Numbered from the whole stretch's first letter, positions 37,857 through 60,446 are shown. The stretch is 63,312 nt of DNA, filler included, from Collodictyon triciliatum (GCA_043381765.1; 5 parts of 5 records of this genome joined end to end with filler, not necessarily neighbours in it); one strand, 5' to 3'. The notes: generated from the sequence alone by a model not told the origin. Made by a program: numbers and translations.

Positions 37857-40800
37857 ATGCTGATTCTTCAGCCACTAACCCCAAAGATGACTCTCACAGC
37901 AATCAGCGATCCGGAAACACTCGACTCTGTGCAGTCCTGTGATCATCCCGCACCCCCTACAACACGAGCTTCCTCCTCCGGAGTCATGCAGCCTGCACTT
38001 CAGATCATAACCGCACATTATCAACCGAGCGTCGATTTACCTGCTCTGCACAAAGAGCAGAACGACAAAAGTGGAGAAGGTGACGGCTGGATCGAGTCAA
38101 ACTTCTCGCCCGACGGGTATGTGCTTACTCCAAAGGTAGACTCGTTCAATGCACCGAAGCCTGCCGAGCGACCCCACTTCCCAATCCCTACTCGCACTCC
38201 ACCTCTTTCTGCTCGCTCGCGCTCTCAGAGCCAGTCGGGCGACTCTGCCATGAATGCTCAGTTGGATAGAAATCTCGAGCAAGTCGGTTCCGTCCCCAGC
38301 GATATAAGAATTGGTCTATCGAGCAAAGGGAATCATCACAAGCAGGTGACACTCTATTTTGCATCGACTTGCCAATGTCTAATTACTTTCTTCTTTTTTT
38401 CTTTTCTTTCTTAGTTCACACTCATTCTGTTCATGTTTAATTTTATTGTCTGCGTTTACGTTCATCTTAATGCTAATGTTTATGTTCGATTTCTCTTCCT
38501 GTTTTCTCTCAATAAACTGTTGAAAAGAAACCAAAAAAAAATGTTCAATTTCTCTTCCGGTATAAAAAACTAACATACAAATAACGCATATATTTCCTTT
38601 TTATAATTAATGTGTAGCGTTGTGATAATTCATAATATCTAATCTACTGTGTTTTTTATGAAATTTGTTTAGAGCGATATCGAAAAAGCTGTTGATTTAT
38701 CACAGATAAAAGCCGTGATTCCACCACCTCCAACTCACCAACCTCCAAAGCTACCCCGAATCTCTCCGGAGGTTTTTTTCCTCATTATTAAATCATTATA
38801 CTCAATTAGCTTTAATTTATGAGTAACAAACTTAATCATGCAATAATCTTTCCATTTTTATGCGAGCTCAGTTGGAAAAGGAGCTGTTGATTGGGCTGGT
38901 TGACAGAATAGAGCGACTTTATGACATAGAGAAGAAGAAGCGCGAAACAAGCGACTGGATGTGCAAGCAACTGAGAGAAGAAGTGGAGGCAGTCAAAAAG
39001 CGCGAGTCGCTTTATGCAACCCAATTAGCTCAATCGATGAGAATAGAAGAGCTTTCTCCAATCGATCACAATATCGAGGAGGAGCAACTATTTGCGACAA
39101 AGTACCAGGAAATGTTAGAATTTGATGCAGATGCTATGGAATCCATCAAGATTATTCAGCGGTGGTACAAGAAGACAAGATTAATTCAGAAGCTGCGTGA
39201 GATTAGTAAGTCATAACGATAATTCATACCATTCGCCTTTTGTTTGCTAATGTATGGCAGAAATTTACCGACATGAGTATGTTTGATTATTCTTGTTTAG
39301 TTTCCATCTACATCAAGGATGCAGAGAAGAGAGGTTACCACCACAATTATACTCGAGTTGTGTCATACTTTGTACATATTGAAAGCCCGAATCCTGTTAT
39401 TACTCCCTGACTCAAATGGTTGTTCTATGCTAAATATAAAGTATAACTAATCAGACATGATAAGAGCCGCCCTTGGGAAAAAAATACAGCGCACTAGAGC
39501 TGATATATTGAAAGATATTCGTGATCTAGAAGTAAAATATGTTAGAAATCTGAACATGATATTTCAGGTGAATGACTTTATTTAATAAAAAAAGGTGAAA
39601 AAAATGAAATGCATTCAAATTTGTTAGAAATTTCATACAATCTGGGTGTAATTCAACTCTAATTATTTTTTTGAACAACAACTGAATCGATAGTTCTTCT
39701 TGTCTCCTTTAAAAAGCGCTTGCAAAACTCCCAATCCCATTCTTCAAGAAAACGAGATCGATTCCATATTTTCTCACATAGATTTATTTCTGAAATTTCA
39801 TCGGTATTTAATTTTCTCGTTGTATTACCAAGCATTCAATCCAGACTCAACAAAACATTAATTTTTTTTTTATGTAGGAGGCAACTGATAGAAATAGAAA
39901 ATCTTATGGAAGTAGACATGAATACTTCCCTAGACGAGACGTTTCTTGACTTTGTATGTTCTATACTTAATCATCTAAATGAGATTTAAAATTGTGAACC
40001 ATAGTGGATATACACATATATTAACAAAAATGTCTGGTAGACTCGCTTGCTGCCGGAATATTATACATACACAGAAAACTATCCAAAAGCAATGAAAACG
40101 TTGCGCGAGAGTGAAAAGAGACACGAAGTTTCCGAATTTCTCAAGGTTTTGATAACATTTTGATCAATTTAACCATCCTTTCACTTTTTTTGTTTTTATG
40201 TATCGCAGCACATTTTCACCGATTTTATGACATCATATTGTGTTAATATTTTAGAAAACATATGAGAATCCTTATTGCGGGCGTTTTCCTCTGGCTATTT
40301 TACTTTATCTTCCTATCTCCTACGCAGCGAAAATCTACGAATATCTCAAGGTTTTTTCTTTTCTTTTTTTCTTTTTTTCTTTTCTTTTCTTTTCTTTTCT
40401 TTTCTTTTCTTTTCTTTTCTTTTCTTTTCTTTTCTTTTCTTTTCTTTTCTTTTCTTTTCTTTTCTTTTCTCTCTCTCTCTTTCTGCTACAGTTAACATTT
40501 TTTACATAGTAAATATCACCCTGTTAAAAGGCTTGGTATAATTAAATGTAAAAAAAATAGTACGTGAATGATTCAATCACTACTGATACGCGACCTCACC
40601 GAAAGCTTGTTGAAACTATGGCAATTTTTGCAGACTACATGAGTAATTTTTTTATTGTAAAAATCATGGATATAACATGAATAATAGCTTTTGTTAGTAG
40701 AACGAACGTTCAATTTTTTTCTTTTTTGCAGACGAAAGTCAAGAAGACCGTGCTATTGCTGAGAATTTGCAAAAGATTATTACTATCCAGCAAAAGATCT

Positions 40801-43800
40801 ATGATTATCAGCCAGTAACAGAATATATATTTGTATATACTAAATCTGGTCTTGTTTAAAAAAAATGAAGCTTTCTTATATCAAATAAATTTTAACTCTG
40901 CATGCTTTTCTCCTAGGATGATTCCTTTTATGACCGTGCCTTTATTCGGGAAGGTCTTTTGAATAAAATGTATGAAAAGAATGAAGACATTCGCCCATTC
41001 CGTTACTTTTTTTTGTTCTCGGATTCCCTCATCGTTACCTCCTTGATAAATCACCAAAAATCTCCGTTCAAGGTTAGTTTCCTTTATTTTTCCTTTATGT
41101 TTTCTCTCTCTCCCTTTTTTTGAAAATAGAAACAGAACATTTATACTTTCTAAATTACTCGATTTGAGTGATATTTCCTTTCGTTCGATATCTATTCCAA
41201 CTTTGTCTAGGTGATTCATGAAATAAAATTATCTGAAATTTTGGTGGAATTACACGCTGATACTGCAAGTATAATTAAAATATAAAAGTTTATACTCACT
41301 CATCGCTTAAAATAACCGCGTTTTAGTTTTGAAATGTGGTTCACCCAAAGCTCTTTATATAATAGGAGTGAAGAATATATTTTCTATAATAACAAATGCA
41401 AACAGTCCACCAGAAAGATTCTTTACTAGTTCCTTAAGTGAGAGGGAAGAATGGATAAAAGCCATCAAAGTAACGAAACTATTGCCTCTATAGAATCATT
41501 TTTCTTTCCTTGTGTACTATTCTTGGATATCGATTTAATTATAAACTTACATTTCTCTTTTCACATTGAAGGTCGCCATCGTAAAATACGTGAAAAAGAC
41601 ACCTACGATGCCAGAGAAAGTGGAATCGCAACCATCGAAGAAATCATTTAGTTTGGGAGGATTGATAAAATTTAAGGTTTATAACTTTACTACCTTGACG
41701 ATTTAAAATCATGCAATCAAATCCTCAGTCATACATGTGGCTTACAAATAATCATATGTATAAAGAGCAATCCTTTCAGCTCGAGAAAAGGTACGAACGA
41801 TGTGAAGGTATTTGTCTTGAATAAAATTAAAATCAAGCTATATTGAAGGATAAAAAAACATCATAAAAAAGGAATGGAAACCCTGACAATCATTATTCCG
41901 CAGGATGAAAGTGACATATTCAAGGTTTGTTCTCAAGGAAGCATCAACTCTCTAGCATCACTGATACAGCAAGGTTGTCTTTTAGAACAATTATATTCCT
42001 CTCACAAAATAAATCCACAAACCGGTGATACCTATATTTCTGCAAATATTAGTTAACTGGCAGGGATAATCACAATATTTTTCAATAATAACCAAGGATG
42101 CAATCTGGAAAAGGCAAATGTTGTTGGAGATAGACCAATCCACATTGCTACAGCTGCAAATGACATCAGAATAATATCAATGCTCCTCGATAATAGAGTA
42201 AATATGAATGCTCGAAATCAAAATGGGTATTTTCCATTAGTATATCATAGTTTTTGTTTCGTTTCGTTTCGTTTCGTTTTTTGTATTGTTTTTGTTTTGT
42301 TTTTGAAAAAAAAGTCGTCTCTACTTTCTATTATTCTTGCTTCTTCTTGAGCCAGAAAACTATATACCCAAAAGGCTATGTATATATCTTGTGAATGCGT
42401 AATCATAACAGTGTGTGTTTTTTTTCATTCAAAGGGAGACCCCTCTTCATATTGCTGCTTTGGGGAACCATGTCAAAGTAACGTGTTTACTGCTTGAGAA
42501 AGGAGCTGACCCCAAGATTACGGACAACGACGGTCGAGTTCCGGCGGATTTGGCCACTTTGGCCACTTTAAAACGTGTTATTGAAGGCAAGTTGAAAGTA
42601 GCGAGTCATACTGGTCTATAAATTGAAATCGTGATTATTGAAAGAATAAATTCTCTGCATTCGACTAACTATATGAATGCAATATTTCAGACTATTCATC
42701 TGGAAAAAATAAAAGGCGTAAGGACATTCGCCTTTTTTTTTTAATTCATATGCTTCCATATGCATTTGTATCAGCAAAATTGTATCTTAGACCAACAAAT
42801 CTTTATTGCCTTTTTTTTTATGGAAAAAATCATTCTTTTATGATTGCCGTTATACAATTTTTCAATAATTCATTATAATTACTCCTTTTTTTCCAAAAAA
42901 AAAAACTCATCACTTTCCTCAAACCCTATGTAGATTCTGTTGTGTCAAACCTCAGCGCCAACGCTTTATCCTCTGAGCCATTTGATAAGGCGTATAAATT
43001 CGGGGGTTCTAGTCGGGAGCGTAACAGACAGACAACATCTTTTTATCAACTTATCGAAATATTTGATGAGGACACAAATGTGGAGCTCTTGGCTGGGGAA
43101 TCTATTTCGATTAAGGTTAGAGTAAAAACCCAGAAAGAAAAATAAGCTTGTATGGTAGTTTTCTATTTTTTTTTTCTTGATCTCTTTATTTCCTTTTCCC
43201 TTTGTAAGATATATGCTGAACTGTACTATGTTTGGTTCAAAAACAGTTTGAACTCGAGTGCTCATCTACAAAATGGTTTTGTGTCATCTAATAGATTGAT
43301 GAAGTTGTTGAAGTTTTTGATGGTTCCGTGGCTCGCCAGGGTCTTATACTTATCACAAACTATAGATTGATTATATACTCTCCATCAAAAGTAGAGGTAT
43401 GGCTGTATGCAATCAGCTTCTTTTTTTTCTTTTACGATATTTACATTTTTAAAGTTCGCTTAATTTTTTCCTGACAATTTAACATAAACTTTATTTAACA
43501 AGGCTTCTACCAGTTTCCAATACGATATTCCACTAAGCACGATTGATACTGTGGACAAAACTTCGTAATTTATTGAAAGCTAGAACGAAATAATATTTTG
43601 AACAGTTGTAACTCCTGTAATACAATTTTAATTCTTATGAAATAGAATACAAGGTGTGTCCTCCTCCGGTCTTGAAATTCACTGCAAGGATTTCCGCATC
43701 ATCCGCATCAGCTTTGCTCAGGTAGCTCTACGGTCATATATATTTATGAACCTGTATGAGACCTTTCTAGAGATTAATTACACTTCTTTTTGTTCAAATG

Positions 43801-46008
43801 AGCTGTTTGAATTCTTTTATTTTTTTTAAGCTCAAATAATATGTACTTTCAACGTGCGTGTCTGCCAAGGATATCGAACTACTTATCTTTATCTATTATC
43901 ATTCTGATAAAATCAAAATTTGTTATTTCGAATGCCTACGGTGTCATAGGCATCTCAAAACAGAAAAAGGGTTCAAAAAACATTGTGTGATAACTATTCC
44001 CCATTTGCATTCTTCCACACAATTTCTAACCCGGTAGTGGATGGGTGGTCAGTCTATACAGTTGAATCTGACTTTGCTAGGATGAATGTTCCTGGTACGA
44101 GTTTGACAGGCTATCAATGAAAACTATAATTTGAAATTTGAGCTCTCTAATCGAAAAAAATTCATCATTTTTTTCTCATTTAGACCCTGAATGGAAGCTC
44201 ACAGATATGAACTCAGAATTTCGACTATGTTCAACTTATAATAAACGGCTAGCTGTGCCGACTATCATGCTTGACGTCGAGCTCAAGGCTGTGGCTCACT
44301 TCAGAAGTCGAGCTCGGATTCCTGCACTTTGTTGGAGGAAACCATCCACAGGTTTGTTTTCAGCATAGCAAGACAGAGAAAAATCCAATATAAGCTTAGT
44401 TCACTCACTTCAAAATAGGCTAACAGTATGCAAAACAATAGGTGCAACGATATCTCGTTGCAGCCAACCACGTGCAGGAATTACCGGCTATCGATGTCTG
44501 GAGGATGAGAAGCTATTAAAAGGTAAGAAAATTAGTCGTGCATAATTGAGGTCCCGAGTAATAAACAATATGAATTTTTTCTTGAAATCAGCTATATCTG
44601 CGTTGAATAAGAGGAGCGACCTTCTCTATATAATTGATTGTCGCCCGCGTGTGAATGCAGTTGCAAATCAGGCAAAAGGTGATCAATCATAATTAGATAG
44701 ATCTCTATCAAGAGTGTTTTAGTTTACATCCTGGCAAATGAAGTACTTTTAAACTATCAATATATGCACAACTTTTAGGAGCCGGCTTTGAAAATACTGG
44801 AAACTACACTAATTGTGAAGTTATATTTATGGACATTGAGAATATCCATGTCGTGCGCGATAGCTGGAAGAAACTTCAGGTGAATCTGTTGATACACTAT
44901 TTTATTTATCTCTTTGCTATGATCTAATTATACATGAAATCCTGATCATATCGTTGTTGTTGTTTCTTTTAAAAAAATAATAAAAAAACTGATGGCACAT
45001 ATTTATCGCAAAAAAGGAATTGACATTTGGCATCGGACAAGGTGAAGATAGCCGCTGGTATTCGATGCTCGAAGGAACTGAGTGGCTCATTCATATCCAG
45101 TCAATTATTCGAGCAGCCAAGTTTATTGTCGACCAAATGAATACCAGGGAATGTTCATTCCTTGTGCATTGCAGTGGTAAGCAAATGCGATATGAGAATT
45201 TCTGTGTAAACCATGAACTATTTTACTTGTCATGAAATGAGTGTTGTCCAGCACTAAGTTTATAAGAATTAATCAAGCTGACGTTTTAAAAAAAAAATGT
45301 TACCGAGTCTTACTTTGTGTGCTCCTAGTCAATTCACAAGCTTACTCACATTGTATTGCCAGATGGATGGGACCGCACTTCACAAGTTGTTGCGCTGTCA
45401 GAATTACTATTGGACCCACACTATCGTACCATATGTGGATTCGAAGCGTTGATTGAGAAGGAATGGTTGTCGTTTGGACACAAGTTTGCCACGCGTTGTG
45501 GACACGGTCCTCCAAATTGTGAAAGCGACCAAAGAAGCCCTATTTTTCTTCAATTTTTAGAATGTGTGTGGCATATCACAAGACAGTATCCAACTGCCTT
45601 CGAGTTCAACGAGGCATTTCTTATCACTATAATTGACCACGTATATAATTGCCGTTTTGCCACGTTCCTGTGTGACTCTGTCAGCGAACGCCACCAGGTT
45701 TTCTCTTTCTCCTTTGCGCGATTGTAAACGAACTTTGTACACATTATTGTTGTTTTCAGGGAAAGAATTTGTGTGATTATATTCAAAACCATCACCCACC
45801 CTTTTTTTTTCTGTCAAATTTGCTGCAGCTTCTTCTTTATTCAAAACCATCGCTCTGGACGTGGATGAATCAGGATTTGAAGGCATACCGGAACATGCTT
45901 TACCAAAAAGTGGACGGGCCACTGACACCGAGCGACGGGATGTGGAATCTGCGACTCTGGACAAATATGTATCTGCGGTATAGCTCGGTTCGGCTACTTA
46001 ACCAATGA
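37857..46008 (+). CDS. Multidomain myotubularin: coiled coil/IQ-like - divergent RhoGEF (DH) - PH - ankyrin repeats - PH-GRAM - active myotubularin phosphatase
   Basis: [12 protein letters not shown]-like [19 protein letters not shown] and [13 protein letters not shown] segment [24 protein letters not shown] segments GDRPIHIAT and [16 protein letters not shown] segment [10 protein letters not shown]. Phosphatase motifs [55 protein letters not shown] and [12 protein letters not shown]. Confidence 0.85.
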
Positions 46009-46726
46009 AGAGACTTTGGCATGTGTGGTAATCGACCTGGATATAAATTGAATCGTCTGCCCAGATAACGGCAATCACGCCCACTTTCCCCTGGCCACCA
46101 TCATCTTCTCCTTCGTCACTGTGTCGCGCAGTTCGGCTCCTAGCAATTCACCCGCCGCGTCTTATCAGAACTCATCATATCCACACGCTATAGTAAGTGG
46201 TGGATTTCGTTTCAATACTAGTGAAGCCGATGTATTATGTGATATCTAACATATTTGTTTCTATGATAACCGATAAATAAGACACATTCTCCGGTATTAT
46301 GTATTTACCAGTAAATTCCACATATGCACGATCTTTTTCTTGTTTTGAAAATTCCGTACATCACAAGACGGGCCAATTTTACGGAAAAGCACACCGGATG
46401 ACGTGGCGCGACGTTTGATGAACACGCGCTTTACGACACGTGACGTACCGCCCTTTCGAACAGAGGCCCTGTGCAGAACAAGATACATTCAAGGACAACA
46501 ACACCGAAGATACAGTGCATCGCTGAACATCGTGTGCCGCTTTTTATGCCTCAACAGCAACACAGACCGCAAATCACTTGCTTCATTGCCCAACTGCATA
46601 GAATCAAAAGGCTCTTCGGAATCAGCAAAGTGACTCGCAGATTGATCGGAAGCGTCGCGCACGAGGAAACTAACTGCCTGCCCCAGGTTGCCAAGTAGCT
46701 GCGATAAGAAGAGAGAAAGGCTAGAG

Positions 46727-50757
<4,031 letters not shown>

Positions 50758-51586
50758 AACCCGTACCGAAGCATCGATTGTGATTGCGATTGTGATTGTG
50801 ATTGTGATTGTGATTGTGATTATGATTATGATTATGATTGGTTGTTAGCATTTCTATTTCTATTCCTTTTTTTTTCTTCTTTTTTGGCTGGAACTCTGTT
50901 GACTGCGGAGAAAACGGAGGATTCTCTCATTCCTGCGTTCTTTGCAGAAGCCTTTTCCCCCTTTTGCGCCTGCTGCTGTTTTGCATCGAATCGTTGGTTA
51001 TGCAGATTCCATCACGATCGACTTCTGATGTGTGGCCTGCCTTCGAAACTCTGTCCTTATGCTTGTGGGGGCAGAGAGAAAGAAGGCGAAAGGGCAGCGA
51101 CTCGAGCAGAAACAAACCAAAGAAAAGAAAAGAAAGGAAAGGGGGTTTGAAGAGCAAGACACAAGTGACAAAGCAACGAACCCCCTAAAGTGACAAGTCT
51201 ATTTATGCTTTCCTTCGTCTTATTTCATCTGTTCTATTATCCTTGCACTTTTTTCCTTGTTGCTTTTGCACTGCTCCGGTTGTGACTGCGAGAAACCGAA
51301 GAAAAAAAAAAGCAGCAACGAAGCCTTTCCTGACAACCTTTTCTTTGTGCATCCGGGCGAGTTTTGGAGTTTGTGTGACTTCCTGTTGCATTTTGCCGTA
51401 CACACTCCACTTTCTTCTGTTTTAATATATTCATGGAGCTCAACAGTCATGTCGGGTGGGTGTGAAGTCAAAGGTCGCAGCTGAGTGGGTTTTGTCTTAA
51501 TGGTTGCTTCCGTTTTCAATGGGGATGAATTAAGAGCGAGTTTGTGTTTAGTTTGCTGCTTCATCGTGGCAGTACGGAGGACTCTG

Positions 51587-56875
<5,289 letters not shown>

Positions 56876-57281
56876 ACAGCATCCCGGAGCAGAAGACACC
56901 GCACGATAATGTGGGGAAAGAAATACATATGAAATCCACTGCGATTGTTGTATCAAGTTCCTATATATACTTCTTTTCTTATTTTTCTTTTTAATAATCA
57001 TGAAGCGCTATCCCTATCCCCGTGATTGCAAACATCCCCAAAACCAACACAAAGAAGACAAGAAAACGGATAAACCCAATCCAACCTCGCTGCCTGATAG
57101 AAGACACTGATGCACCAGCACTCCTACCCATGACACTATGATTGCCTTTTATTTTATGTTTCCCTCATTCTCTCTGAGATACTCCGAGATAAACAATCAC
57201 CCTAGAAACAAAACAAAAAAAACAGAAGCAGGGACACGGATAGACCGAGTATCATTTATTGTTGCGTAAATCCGCCCTCAC

Positions 57282-57317
<36 letters not shown>

Positions 57318-57448
57318 GTAGGAGCTATATATATAAGGGAGAAAAGCGATGCCTTTGACAACACCGCGCTCCCTGCATGCAGTAGGACAGAGCCAAGAAA
57401 GGGGGAGCAAGAAAAGAAGCAAAATCGCAGGCCTCTCATCACCCCGCA

Positions 57449-60058
57449 TCACATGGACACTAGCTTGCGCAAGGCGTCGTCATCGCCCTGGTCGCAGGCG
57501 CGCAGATACCAGTGGGCAGCGGCGGAGGCAGAGACGGGGACGTCGTGGCCGGCCGCGTGGGCCTCGCCGAGGGCGCGCTGGGAAGGGAGATACCCGTTTG
57601 TGGCGGCCATGAGGCACCAGCGCAGCGACTCGCGGGCGGACTCGACCGTCCAGCGGTTGCGGTAGCAGACATGGAGGTTGCTCTGCGCGACGACGCTGCC
57701 CTGCTCGGCGGCCTTGTGGAACCAGCGGATGCCCTCGCCGACGTTGCGCTCCGTGCCCTGGCCGCGCGCGTAGTAGAAGCCGAGGGTGGACTGGGCGGAC
57801 GCGTAGCCCTGCTCGGCAGACCGCAGATACCAGCGGAAGGCCTCCTCCATGTTCTGCTCCACGCCGTGCCCGTTGCCGTAGCACATCCCGAGGTTGCACT
57901 GCGCGTACATGTAGCCCTTCTCAGCCGCGCGCCGGTACCACTCGAAGGACTTGGCCTGGTCCTTGGGCACGCCCACGCCGTTCCAGTACATGTTGCCGAT
58001 GCTGTTTTGCGCGTGCAGGTTCTGCTGCTGCGCCGCGCGCATGTACCAGTCGAACGCCTGCGCGTAGTCCTGCCCGACGCCCCGCCCGTGCTCGTACGAG
58101 TACGCAAGATTGTCCTGCGCGCTGGCGTTGCCCTTCTCCGCCGCCGTCCGGAACCAGTGCACCGCCTGCGCGTAGTCCTGCCCGACGCCCCGCCCGTTCT
58201 CGAAGCACAGCCCCACGTTGTTCTGCGCGCTCGCGTTGCCCTTCTCCGCCGCGCGCATGTAGTGCGCAAACGCCTGCCCGTAGTCCTGCCCGACGCCCCG
58301 CCCGTGCTCGAAGCAGATCCCCACGTTGTTGAGCGCGTAGATGCTCCCGTTCTCTGCCGCGCGCATGTACCACCCAAACGCCTGCGCATAGTCCTGCCCG
58401 ACGCCGTTGCCCTTCTCGTAGCAGATCCCCAGGTTGTTTTGCGCGTACGAGCTCCCTTGCTCCGCGGCCTTGCGGTACCAGTGGATGGCCTGCGCGTAGT
58501 CCTGCCCAACGCCTCGTCCGTGCTCGAAGCATGACCCCAGGTTGTTTTGCCCATCCTCGTTGCCTTGCTCCGCGGCCTTGAGATACCACTGAGCCGCCTG
58601 TGCGTAGTCCTGCCCAACGCCCCGCCCGTTCTCGTAGCAGATCCCCACGTTGTAGTACGCACTCGTGTTCTCCTGCAGCGCAGCCTTCAGGAACCAGTGG
58701 AAGCCTTGCTCATAGTCCAGCTCCACCCCGACCCCGTTGTAGTAGCACGTCCCGAGATAGTTTTGCGCGTTGGCGCTGCCTTTGACCACCGCGCGCCGGT
58801 ACCACAGGATGGCCTGCTTGTCGTCCTTGGGCACGCCTTGGCCCTTTTCGTAGCACAGTCCCAGATTGCTCTGCGCGTACGGATCTTGCGCGTCGGCCGC
58901 CTGCCGGTACCAGTAGATGGCCTGCGACAGATCCTGCGGCGTGCCTTCGCCCTTCTCGTAGCAGATCGCAAGGTTGTTTTGTGCAGTGATGTGTCCTTTC
59001 TTTGCCGCCCGGGTGAAAAAATCAAACGCCTTGCCGTAGTTGCGCGCCACTCCTTGTCCGTTCCAGTAGCAGATACCAATCGTGCGCTCCGCATAGATGT
59101 TCCCCAAGTGTGCGGACACAAGATAGAACCGGGCCGCATCCGCATGCTTCTCCTCCAGCAGGTCCAGCAGATAGCCGGTGAGAAAGTGGCATTGAATCGC
59201 CATTTGGTCTTCCAGGCTCCCTTCTGCATCAGAGCCCGGTACTGTGCCTGAAGAGCTACCCTGCAAAGTGTCGCTTTTAGTCGTGTGAGACTCCTTTTCT
59301 AGTCTGGCAGGCTTTCCAGGCAGCGGACGAGCGTCATATCCGGCCTGCACATTCGATAATGTCTGGCCTGGTGGCTCGTCACTGGTTGGCCGTGCAGCCA
59401 CTGGGGCTGAAGAGTCGAGATTTTCCTTGGCAGAGAAGCAAACTAGTGGTGTCTGCAATGAGTCTGACGCAAGCTTTGTCTTGGCCTTCGCAAGTCGCGG
59501 CGATTGGGCCAAGGGCGATTCCTGCTGCAGACGAAAGCCCGACTCTGCATCCCCCTCAACAGCAGCAGACGGTACAGAGGCTTCATCATCATGATCATCA
59601 CCTATGTTTGCTGCGTCGTTGCTTGCAAGAGTCTCGTCCTCAGAAGGCGGCTCCACTTGGGTCTTTGGCGTGTTTTCTACTGTGTGCTCGGGCCCCAACT
59701 CAGCAGCAACCTCGGCCAGCAGCGTCCCAGAAAGAAGCTCCGGACGCAGAGGAAACTTTGCACAGAGCTTTGCGAGGGCATTGCGTGAGCGGACCAGTGC
59801 GTGGGCCGAGCAGGAGCGCGCTTTGTTGTACTGCTCGTCTACAAGATCTTTTTCTCGCGGGTGGTCGATCAGGGCCGGGCGGTAAAAGTAGATTGCGCGC
59901 AGGCAAAGCATGGCCACCACAAAGTCCGGCTCCAGGCTCAGCAGCGTCTCGAGATCCTTGTGGGCCTCCTCCGCGCGATACTGCGACATGCAAAGCACCG
60001 CGGATTCGAGCAGTGCGGTGATTCGTGGATCGGGCGCTGCGGAGGCTTTGCTGTCCAT
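57449..60058 (-). CDS. Intronless Sel1-like repeat protein (869 aa, about 15 SLRs) with an N-terminal TPR-like segment
   Basis: Uninterrupted ORF. 36-aa units AQNNLG.CYE.G.GV.QDY.QA..WY..AAEQG begin at 59092. Confidence 0.95.
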   Translation of the reverse strand: MDSKASAAPDPRITALLESAVLCMSQYRAEEAHKDLETLLSLEPDFVVAMLCLRAIYFYRPALIDHPREKDLVDEQYNKARSCSAHALVRSRNALAKLCAKFPLRPELLSGTLLAEVAAELGPEHTVENTPKTQVEPPSEDETLASNDAANIGDDHDDEASVPSAAVEGDAESGFRLQQESPLAQSPRLAKAKTKLASDSLQTPLVCFSAKENLDSSAPVAARPTSDEPPGQTLSNVQAGYDARPLPGKPARLEKESHTTKSDTLQGSSSGTVPGSDAEGSLEDQMAIQCHFLTGYLLDLLEEKHADAARFYLVSAHLGNIYAERTIGICYWNGQGVARNYGKAFDFFTRAAKKGHITAQNNLAICYEKGEGTPQDLSQAIYWYRQAADAQDPYAQSNLGLCYEKGQGVPKDDKQAILWYRRAVVKGSANAQNYLGTCYYNGVGVELDYEQGFHWFLKAALQENTSAYYNVGICYENGRGVGQDYAQAAQWYLKAAEQGNEDGQNNLGSCFEHGRGVGQDYAQAIHWYRKAAEQGSSYAQNNLGICYEKGNGVGQDYAQAFGWYMRAAENGSIYALNNVGICFEHGRGVGQDYGQAFAHYMRAAEKGNASAQNNVGLCFENGRGVGQDYAQAVHWFRTAAEKGNASAQDNLAYSYEHGRGVGQDYAQAFDWYMRAAQQQNLHAQNSIGNMYWNGVGVPKDQAKSFEWYRRAAEKGYMYAQCNLGMCYGNGHGVEQNMEEAFRWYLRSAEQGYASAQSTLGFYYARGQGTERNVGEGIRWFHKAAEQGSVVAQSNLHVCYRNRWTVESARESLRWCLMAATNGYLPSQRALGEAHAAGHDVPVSASAAAHWYLRACDQGDDDALRKLVSM

Positions 60059-60387
60059 GTTTTCCCTCGCCGGTGGGTTTCCTTGGTCGTGGGTCTGCGA
60101 TCGTATTTGTTCCTTGGTGGCTGTGCGGTTTTCTGTTTGCGTTTCAATTTGTCTTCCTCTACGTTGTTGTTGTTATTTTTTTTGTGGTTTTTTTGTGGTT
60201 TTTTTGGTTTTTTTGGTTTTTTTTCCTTTATTCGATTCAAAGTGTAGCGTTTGTTTTATGTTTTATGTTTGTTGTTTTATGTTTTATGTTTGTTGTTTGT
60301 TGTTTGTTGTTTGTTGTTTGTTGTTTTTTGTTTGTTGTTTTTTGTTTTTTTGTTTTTTTGTTTTTTTTATTTTTTTTTTGTTTTTTT

Positions 60388-60446
<59 letters not shown>

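Noticed and set aside
20389-46008. Apparent phosphoinositide/endocytic cluster (PTEN, EHD, myotubularin)
   Set aside because: The three genes lie on different contigs separated by artificial spacers.
57460-60021. Multiple alternative-frame and antisense ORFs over the Sel1 gene
   Set aside because: GC3-driven shadow frames mirroring the repeat; no independent motifs.
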